DNA of 64,000 bases from Candidatus Thorarchaeota archaeon. GTDB lineage: Archaea > Asgardarchaeota > Thorarchaeia > Thorarchaeales > Thorarchaeaceae. Of this stretch, positions 19,370-27,345 are shown piece by piece. Position 1 is the first letter of the stretch, and every line of letters begins with the position of its first letter. Location: the NCBI GenBank assembly GCA_003345545.1, contig PRDH01000076.1, positions 1 to 64,000 on the forward strand, in the 5' to 3' direction. A model generated the notes under the pieces. That model ran no database searches. It was not told where the DNA came from and worked only from the letters and a program-made list of their open reading frames with translations. A program made the translations under genes and the position numbers.

Positions 19370-20283
19370 TGGCTAGCCTCTTGTTTCTTCGGACGCAGCA
19401 TTCCAGCGCATGCACGAACGAGAAGCGCTTACTCGAACTTGCACGAGAGGAGCGCACAGACCCGTTATTGTATCTGTCAAATCAGTTCCTTATCTTTGGA
19501 TATAAATGATGTGTGACTAGGCTCTACTCACACGAAGAATTGCCCATCAGAAAGCGGTATCTGGCCTGAGGAATGCCTGTATCTCGGGTGTTCGTGTGTG
19601 CTGCACACTTGGTGCACCGATTCTGCCATACTGAGGGACTCAAAGAACACATCAGTGGATTAACTGAACTCAGACAGCTCTGTACAATCGCGCCTCCATC
19701 TGGTAGCGGGACTCCTTCCCAGTGCGCCAACTGGCAATTCTGGTTCTCTATGCTGCCTTTCCGATCTCTTTTCGATTTTTCGTCGGTCGATTCTGGGTGA
19801 GGATAATTACCGGCATTAGATATTTGTTCTTACGACTATTATACTTATTGTCAATCCGCCTCATAATATAGAATAACAGCATATATGTAGAGGCAGTTCG
19901 CGAGCGAGCCACTCCCAGCGAGCTTCTCTGTCGGTCAATGAGATGCTCCATCACCAGAGATATCAGTATCACATCCCTAAGATCACTGAAGAATTGCGGA
20001 ATAGACCGTATTCACTATTCAAATACAGACAGTAGTCAAGGACAATGCAATAGGCGACTACCATACTCAAATAGCGTGTATTGCTACCTTTTTGCGTGGA
20101 CAACCCTGCTTCTTCACTAACTTTTCCGGCGCACAGATGCTATGGCCCACTATCTGAGTATGACAAAGATCACTGCCAGGAATAATCGCGTGATGTGGTG
20201 ATCTGCAAACCAGAAAACGGACAGAGATTTCTTGGAAAGACCGGTTCAATATGATAGTGAGTATTTGTTATGAAATGGCTGTG

Positions 20284-20324
20284 AATACCTTCCAATGGTA
20301 CATATTGTACCATTGTAAGGCATT
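20284..20324. repeat. 41-bp imperfect inverted repeat
   Basis: AATaCCTTcCAATGGTACA-TAT-TGTACCATTGtAAGGcATT. Confidence 0.8.
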
Positions 20325-20858
20325 TTACACATAATGCAATCGTCGATAAGAATAGATTGTGACTAGATATTTGTTGTCGAAAAATCGGCAGGAATGGAGC
20401 TAAGGAATGAGACGATAGGTAACTATCGTGAATTATCTGCTCTGAACTCAGAAGCTCCAAAAAAGACCGAGTGGCATTCAGCTTGAACGAACTCAGATGC
20501 GGAACAACTCCAGGGTTCTAGCAATGTGATTGGACGTAATGACTAGATGGCGTCGAGAGTACAAGCGAGCTCAGGCAATGTTCTCTTCTGATACCCAGGA
20601 AGGGGACCGACGAAGTGTTAGCACATCTACATCACTGGTGAGCCAAACAGTGAACCATGATACAGGCTTGATTCAGGGGCGCTACGTTAGATTTGAGGTA
20701 TTACAAGGTCCGATATACCATGGTGTACTTGCATACTATGAAGTAAACGCTTCAAGGAACAAGTGTGTTCTGAATCGAGAGTACGAGATCTGGCCAACAA
20801 TGGATTGCAGGTGTGAAACTTAGCATACTCCTCCTCTCCTTCGTCTCTCCTTCCTACG

Positions 20859-20985
20859 CGTGTACTCCATTGGGCAGACGTGTACTCTTTGGAAAAAGGA
20901 CAACAAGCGTGTACCAGCCAAGAGAAGAAAACCAAGACCGCATCAAAGCAAATCAATGAGTTTGATTACCAATGAACGGTACACG
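20859..20985. promoter_or_regulatory. Cluster of four CGTGTAC motifs
   Basis: + strand at 20859, 20879, 20908; - strand at 20979. Confidence 0.6.
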
Positions 20986-21084
20986 CTTCTTCTCTTCATT
21001 ATTGCATCAATTTCCACATCATTCATGTCCATCAACGATATGAGCCAAAATTAATAGGGAAGCCGCCATGCTCTGATATGCAAG

Positions 21085-22275
21085 ATGTCTGTGGATACCG
21101 ATGTAATCATCATTGGTGCAGGACCAGCTGGTCTCATCGCAGCTGCTACCCTATCTGAGTTGGGTGTGCAGTACACACTCTTTGACCGAGATGAGAAACC
21201 CGGAGAGAAGAAACCCTGTGGAGGTTTCATTCCTAATCGGGCAGTAAAGGAGTTTGATGTGGAACATATCAGGAGTCAGCATGAAATAGTGTCCCTACGC
21301 ATGAAGTTCCCTGGACTGGATGTTGTTCGAGTTGACTTTGGTGATGTGGTAGGAGTGAATGTAAGAAGAGAGGATCTAGCTGACTGCTTGATAAGAAGGA
21401 TTGACAAAAAGCATGGTAACATTCGTCTGGGAACAAAGATCAGTAATGTCAAGATATCAGAGTCAGGGTGCAGTGTGTCTCTTCTGTATGGCTCGAATCT
21501 TGAAACGCTAACATCTCAGCTGATTATTGATGGAAGCGGCGTGAATCCAGTTACTCAGAGGTTTATCCCTCTAAGGGAGAGACCATCGAATTCGCATCTA
21601 GGATATGCAATCCAGTACCACTTGAAACGCGATACCGAATTTCAGAAAGTGAATGATTTCTACTATGGACATGAATACTCTCCGCGCGGCTATGCATGGG
21701 TGTTTCCATGCGGGAAGATTTCGGTTGTTGGAAGTGGTGGACTAATCGACAGAGTTCGCGAGAACAATGCACGGATAGACGACTACCTCAGACACCTGAT
21801 ATCGGAGGTGGAACCAACTAGAACTGATCTCGAGGGGGCAGAACTGATCAGGAGAGAGGCAGCCCTGATGCCTCTTGCAGGAATCATTCGACCTTCATAC
21901 GGTAGAAGGATTCTCCTTGCAGGTGATGCAGCTTGTCAGTGTTCACCTCTGAGCGGCGAAGGAATATTCTATTCAATGGTTGGAGGCCGCGAAGCAGCCA
22001 AGACAGCTGCGACATGTATCAAAAAGAATGATTTCTCTGATGATGCTCTATCGCAATACGAGAAGGCGTGGATAGACTCTATGGGTTCAGATCTGAGATG
22101 GGGCCTCTATCTCCAGAAGAAATTCACTGATTCGGGTTCTAAATCCATAGGTTCAGGTTTCCTCAGGTCCAGACAGACATCACGAATAATCGCAGAGATG
22201 TTGGTCGGGAAGAGGTCAGTCAGAAATGCCATCCTCAAAGCCGCTCCTGGTTATTTAAAATCGAAGTTCGTGTAG
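21085..22275 (+). CDS. Geranylgeranyl reductase family flavoprotein
   Basis: IIGAGPAG, KPCGG, PRGYAWVFP, LAGDAA...PLSGEGI. Confidence 0.9.
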   Translation: MSVDTDVIIIGAGPAGLIAAATLSELGVQYTLFDRDEKPGEKKPCGGFIPNRAVKEFDVEHIRSQHEIVSLRMKFPGLDVVRVDFGDVVGVNVRREDLADCLIRRIDKKHGNIRLGTKISNVKISESGCSVSLLYGSNLETLTSQLIIDGSGVNPVTQRFIPLRERPSNSHLGYAIQYHLKRDTEFQKVNDFYYGHEYSPRGYAWVFPCGKISVVGSGGLIDRVRENNARIDDYLRHLISEVEPTRTDLEGAELIRREAALMPLAGIIRPSYGRRILLAGDAACQCSPLSGEGIFYSMVGGREAAKTAATCIKKNDFSDDALSQYEKAWIDSMGSDLRWGLYLQKKFTDSGSKSIGSGFLRSRQTSRIIAEMLVGKRSVRNAILKAAPGYLKSKFV

Positions 22276-22303
22276 GTTCAGACTGATGGGAAATCCTCAG
22301 TCC

Positions 22304-23656
22304 TCATTTCCAGACCTCGTCGGGCCACCGAGAGTTCAGCTCTTCCTCTGCCATCGCTACAATCTCTGGTGATTCATCTTTAAGAGCCGTCCGGATTATC
22401 GAAGCAGCAGCATCACGTTTCAGTAGCCTCGAGGACTTGATGACAGCCTTCTTGATACTGACGTCGGGTTTTGCTAGAAGCCGCGTGAGAATATCTACCG
22501 CGTTTCTACCACCCTGTGTTGTAACTGCTATCAAGGTGTCTTCAATCATCGCAATAGGCATCCCTTTAGCTATCAAGGTCGTTAGGATTCGGTTTATCTT
22601 TGACATATCCAGACTCGGCACTTTGAGATTGCCCTGAGGAACCTTCTGACCAATGCTAGACCATTTGCTATGAGATGCAAGGGTGGATATGGCTCTGGCG
22701 ACAACATTGCGAACTGCTGGCTCTCCATCATTCAACATACTTGACAGAAACTCCAGGGTATTGGAATCCCCATTATCGCCCAAACCCTTCAGCGCGCGCA
22801 GACGCATATCGTGCTCGCTATCAGAGGCAACGACCATCAGTACATCATTGCATAGCTGAGTCTTGGCATTGAGAATAGTGTCCAACGCTGCAGCCTGTTT
22901 TCTGAAGCTTTCAAGGAAAATCTCAGACCGAGCAGCATGCACCCTATGGAGAGTTCTCAGTTCTTTGGCGTCCTCATGGTGTGACTCGATTCTGCCCACT
23001 TTGCACACGATATCCTCCCATTCCCCAGGATCGACGCCCACAAGCATCTTTGAAACATCCAGTCCTGCACTCTGAAGGCTCTCCGCGATGACGCTAAAGG
23101 TCTTCTCACTGACCACACTCTCGAAGATTTCATCATTCGATAATGCGGAAACGATTCTCTGGCCATAGTAGGTTTGCAGTAGATTGACAGTGCAGTAGAG
23201 GGGGACAGATCCGCGTTTATAGTAGATGATGCAGTTCTCCAGTTCTTCGGATCTCAGAGTGAGAATCTGGGGCAACACGACAGCATACTGCCCCCTGCTA
23301 ATGGTTTCAACGGAAGCATAGAACTGATTGAACCGGGAATCCCTCTGATCGAGAAGCCGTTTAACAAAATCAATCATAAATACTTGAACATCGCCCCTAA
23401 CATCATCCGTCAAAAGCCCAAGCATATTGGTCGATGATATTTGGACTGCAAAGTACACGTCCCACATTCCTAGGTAATAGGTGACATGGTCTCTTAGCTC
23501 GAGCGTGTGCTGTGGATATGGGTCATAATCAACCTTAAGCAGTTTCGCAACATCAGCGATTTGGTTGTTCTTTCTCGCACGGTCGAAAAGATGACTGCTT
23601 GCAGGAAAATTCCTCTCAACTATTGCTTTCTGTATGCCACTGACTATGTCTTTCAA
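22304..23656 (-). CDS. HEAT-repeat protein
   Basis: RLRALKGLG...L..MLND.EPAVR..VARAI; ..LKDESPEIV..A. Confidence 0.75.
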   Translation of the reverse strand: MKDIVSGIQKAIVERNFPASSHLFDRARKNNQIADVAKLLKVDYDPYPQHTLELRDHVTYYLGMWDVYFAVQISSTNMLGLLTDDVRGDVQVFMIDFVKRLLDQRDSRFNQFYASVETISRGQYAVVLPQILTLRSEELENCIIYYKRGSVPLYCTVNLLQTYYGQRIVSALSNDEIFESVVSEKTFSVIAESLQSAGLDVSKMLVGVDPGEWEDIVCKVGRIESHHEDAKELRTLHRVHAARSEIFLESFRKQAAALDTILNAKTQLCNDVLMVVASDSEHDMRLRALKGLGDNGDSNTLEFLSSMLNDGEPAVRNVVARAISTLASHSKWSSIGQKVPQGNLKVPSLDMSKINRILTTLIAKGMPIAMIEDTLIAVTTQGGRNAVDILTRLLAKPDVSIKKAVIKSSRLLKRDAAASIIRTALKDESPEIVAMAEEELNSRWPDEVWK

Positions 23657-23770
23657 GCAACTTCACAACCAAGACTAGAGAGTCGTATTTCAATGTAACT
23701 CAATAATGAAGAGGTAGGCGAGTTCAGTGTATGCTCGCCATACCTCGGGATAGAGAAAAGAGAGATGAAC

Positions 23771-24040
23771 TTATGATCCTGACCCGCGCATTCGGTGGAC
23801 AATGAAACACTTTTCGCGGTAGGCTTGGTCATCGAGATTGTTGATAAAATTCTCAAGCTTCTTGACCTTTGTGAACTCTTCTTGAATACCAAGATCACGA
23901 ACCTGTACCAAAGCTTTCTTCTCGCAGATTCGTACGTATATTCCTCCCAGGCCGACACCATGTTTCATGTAAACAGGTTCTTCCTGGTTTTTAACTCGAT
24001 AGAAACCCTGTCTTCTGAGCATTCTACTGAACATCATCAA
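23771..24040 (-). CDS. Small basic hypothetical protein
   Basis: GGAGGT upstream; compact alpha/beta-like sequence. Confidence 0.7.
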   Translation of the reverse strand: MMMFSRMLRRQGFYRVKNQEEPVYMKHGVGLGGIYVRICEKKALVQVRDLGIQEEFTKVKKLENFINNLDDQAYREKCFIVHRMRGSGS

Positions 24041-24074
24041 AGTGTCTTTACCTCCCGGCGGTCAGACAGGAAAC

Positions 24075-24500
24075 GTACACGCTTACCATAATATAAACAT
24101 ATACGGTTTTGACTGGTAAACGCCGCTATTTCGCGCCACACATTTGGGTATGATTGAGTATGATGGTGGAACAAATGCAATACTCAAGGTGCTATTTCGG
24201 AACAAATATGCCTATTCTATGCCAATTTTAGAACATTACAGCTATCTGAACACATTCTTAGCTTCCATCAGCTTCCAAAGGGCGCGAAATGTGTCGACGT
24301 GTACATTTTGGGAATTCTGTAAAATGATTCGCAAAGGCTAACGTGTACATTCTTTGAGATACAGCGTGTACTCACTTGCTGGTTCAACGCCACGGACAAA
24401 GTGGGACGAATGGTTGTATTAGTGCAACAACTTCTTCTATCAGAAACCAAGGTGAACTAAACAGAGATAGAACTGATTCATCAATTCAAGAAAGTACACG
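24075..24500. promoter_or_regulatory. Cluster of five CGTGTAC motifs in divergent intergenic region
   Basis: - strand at 24075 and 24494; + strand at 24298, 24342, 24365. Confidence 0.6.
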
Positions 24501-24570
24501 TTCCTTTCAAATGCAGTAAGATTCTGTGTATGGTGAGTTCTCTCCTAAGCTATAACTTTAAAATGGCACC

Positions 24571-25146
24571 GTGTTGCTCAGCAGATCGAGTGTTTCAGAA
24601 ATGGATCCATGGAGTGATTTCCTGCAATTCGTCACCAGTCTTTTCCAGCCAATGGCGGCTCCTCCGTGGTCAGCCGTCCTTGTAGTCCTCGTCAATATTG
24701 CACTTGCGCTCATCTCCATATGGGCTACAAACAGGTTCACCGATGTTGAGAAGATGAAGCAAGACATGGCAGAGGTAAAGGCATGGCAGGATAAGTTGAA
24801 GGCTGCAAGGAAGAGCATGGATCCAGCAGCGCTGCAAGAAGTGGCAAGCGATCAAGGAAGAATCATGCGCATTAATAGCTCGATGATGGGCGCCAGAATG
24901 AAGCCAATGTGCTACTTCTATATCCCGTTCATATTGGCCTTCACAATCCTAGGAGCAATATTCCAAGGCGGGATTGTTGCAGTCTTGCCTTTCAACATCG
25001 ACAAAGCTCTGCCTTTTCTCACTGGAATGCTTGGAAGGCCAACTGCTGAAGGATTTGGTCTGACCTTCTACGGTTTCTACTTTCTTGTTGGTTTTGGACT
25101 TGGAAATCTTCTCAGGAGACCCTTCGGCCAGTCTATGACAACATGA
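24571..25146 (+). CDS. EMC3/TMCO1 (DUF106, Oxa1 superfamily) membrane insertase
   Basis: TM, D.EKMK coiled-coil, MKPM...IP, FYGFYFL pattern; likely start 24601. Confidence 0.85.
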   Translation: MLLSRSSVSEMDPWSDFLQFVTSLFQPMAAPPWSAVLVVLVNIALALISIWATNRFTDVEKMKQDMAEVKAWQDKLKAARKSMDPAALQEVASDQGRIMRINSSMMGARMKPMCYFYIPFILAFTILGAIFQGGIVAVLPFNIDKALPFLTGMLGRPTAEGFGLTFYGFYFLVGFGLGNLLRRPFGQSMTT

Positions 25147-25406
25147 TCGGTACGGTTTGCGTTGCCCGCTTTGATTTGCGGTATTTGCATATTGAATACC
25201 TAAGACATCCACCTTTTATTGAAAGAACCTGGAGTAGACATGAGTTTCCCCATGGGAACTCCGTCGATTACTCGACAGAGGGACGAGAAAGGATGCGACC
25301 TCGGAAATCAATGTATCATCCCTAGCTTTCTTTCGTTTTTGCATCCTTTCTCCGAATCTCAACGTATTCAGGAACTGTTTTATTTGACAAGTCACGCCTC
25401 TAGCCC

Positions 25407-26600
25407 ATGAGTTCGGACACTCCCGTTGTCTACTTTGGTTCTGTCAAGCAAGGGAACATGGGCAAATTCGCCTCGTTTGCAGCGAAGGTAGATGAAGTTG
25501 TAAAGAAACTCGATCTCTCAACAATCGAGAAGAAAGACAAGGTAGCAATCAAGATGCATCTGGGATATCAAGATGGATACCAAACAGTCCCAGTTTTCTT
25601 TGTGCGACGGATTGTGAATGCTGTTAAAAAAACTGGTGCGTTTCCATTTGTGACCGACAATCCCACATCCGTCTATAATGCTGTGAATAGAGGATACACA
25701 CAGGAAACATGCGGATGCCCCATCATCCCGATAGCAGGCGTGAAAGACAAGTATGTATATGAATCAGAGGTCGACTTTCATGGTCTTAAGTCACTTGACA
25801 TGAGCGGGGTGCTTCACGATGCAGATGCTCTTATTGACCTTTCACACGTGAAGGGGCATAATAATTGCGGGCTCGGAGGAGCAATAAAGAACATTGCCAT
25901 TGGCGGCTATTCCGCTCAATCAAGGTGGCGCAAGATCCATGGAATCGAGGGAGCGATTCCCTACTGGGATGCAAAGAAATGCACGCCAGAACATGCAAAG
26001 GAACTCGTTGAAGCATGTAGGGATCACTGCATCTCGTATAAGGAAGAGAGCCACGAACTGACTCTTGACTTTGGCATGTGCCATCAATGTCTAGATTGTA
26101 TAGAGGCAGACCGAGAGGTCGAATGTCTTACACTCAGACCGGAGAACTACGCTCTCTTTCAGGAACTGATGGCAATCGCGGCGAACAACATTCTCAAAAC
26201 ATTCGATGAAACAAAGCGATTCTTCATCAATCTTGCCATTTCAATAACACCCTATTGCGATTGCTGGGGAGTTGGGCAACCGAATATCGTAAATGACATA
26301 GGTGTACTCGGAAGCAGAGATATAGTGGCAGTAGAAACAGCTACGCTTGACCTAATTGCCAAGGAAGGAATCGTTGAGAGTATGATTCCACCTTACTTCC
26401 GAGTTCACAAAGATCCAGGGTTGCATCCATTTGAACAGCTCCATGGACCAATGAAGTCCCCATACATTGCGCTTCGGTATGCGGAAGAACTCGGAATGGG
26501 TTCGCGTAAATACAAGCTTGTTGAACTGCTGTCTCCTGCGAAGACGATGAAGATGAAACCCCCAAGGCATGTAGTCGAAACCGAACCCACTTTCTTCTAG
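25407..26600 (+). CDS. DUF362 Fe-S protein
   Basis: VAIKMHLG, SHVKGH...GGAIKNIAIG, CHQCLDC, ITPYCDC, D.VAVE. Confidence 0.85.
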   Translation: MSSDTPVVYFGSVKQGNMGKFASFAAKVDEVVKKLDLSTIEKKDKVAIKMHLGYQDGYQTVPVFFVRRIVNAVKKTGAFPFVTDNPTSVYNAVNRGYTQETCGCPIIPIAGVKDKYVYESEVDFHGLKSLDMSGVLHDADALIDLSHVKGHNNCGLGGAIKNIAIGGYSAQSRWRKIHGIEGAIPYWDAKKCTPEHAKELVEACRDHCISYKEESHELTLDFGMCHQCLDCIEADREVECLTLRPENYALFQELMAIAANNILKTFDETKRFFINLAISITPYCDCWGVGQPNIVNDIGVLGSRDIVAVETATLDLIAKEGIVESMIPPYFRVHKDPGLHPFEQLHGPMKSPYIALRYAEELGMGSRKYKLVELLSPAKTMKMKPPRHVVETEPTFF

Positions 26601-26745
26601 CTCGGGGCTGCGCAGAAGCACTATTGAGAGTCTAGGCACACGACGAACAGTTAATAGTAAATCCAGAAGGAGAAGAGGTTGGGATTCCCTCTCCCTCGAC
26701 ATCAAGATGAGTCAGGCATAATGAATTGAAGTGAGAGATTGAGCC

Positions 26746-27252
26746 TTGGCAAATGAGTCAACTCCCGAAGCGCGATTAAAGAAATACAAGGAAGACCTAG
26801 CCAAGATGGCTCTCTCAGAGGGAAAACAACTCAAGTCACCAAACCCAATAGATTCCCAGAAATCTGCTAATGGACCCACAGTTGTTGGTGTGCCTCCTAC
26901 GACGACTACAACACCCCCGAGAGAGCACATAAGACCGCCTCAGACGCTTGTGAGTCCGAGCAAGGCGGAACTTCGTGAACCAATGGTTTCTTCGCGCAAG
27001 AAGAGAGGGGATGAATCACGAACTACGTCGAAAAGCAAAGCGAGCCGGAATCGCATCATGATGAAGGCCCGGGAGAAGGCCATCGATGGTCAGCTTCAAG
27101 ATGTCAAGGATAGGAAAGCTCTGCTCGAACTCCATCTAGAGAAGAAGAAGATAACCAAGGACGAATATGATACAGAAATGAAGGCGCTAGTGGAAGAGGG
27201 ACAGAATCTGCTCAGAGAGAAGGCAGAGCTCGATAGGGCTTTGTCAGGCTAG
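26746..27252 (+). CDS. Hypothetical protein, disordered middle, C-terminal coiled-coil/SHOCT-like motif
   Basis: KKITKDEYDTEMKALV resembles SHOCT. Confidence 0.65.
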   Translation: MANESTPEARLKKYKEDLAKMALSEGKQLKSPNPIDSQKSANGPTVVGVPPTTTTTPPREHIRPPQTLVSPSKAELREPMVSSRKKRGDESRTTSKSKASRNRIMMKAREKAIDGQLQDVKDRKALLELHLEKKKITKDEYDTEMKALVEEGQNLLREKAELDRALSG

Positions 27253-27345
27253 ATTCATCAATTTTCAACCAGTCACCTAATGTGGGACAGTTATCTACGA
27301 AGTTTATAATCACAGGTATGCATTTCAAACCTAGAGGAGTTTGAT

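Noticed and set aside
19524-21054. Short ORFs in the large gap, including 20530-20823
   Set aside because: No recognisable motifs or clear SD, and they overlap each other; 20530-20823 cannot be fully excluded
20859-24500. CRISPR array or canonical ORB origin
   Set aside because: Repeats are only 7-15 bp and irregularly spaced; no cas or orc1/cdc6 gene; no ORB G-string
25242-25261. Hairpin GAGTTTCCC-CAT-GGGAACTC
   Set aside because: Single bulged stem with no supporting context
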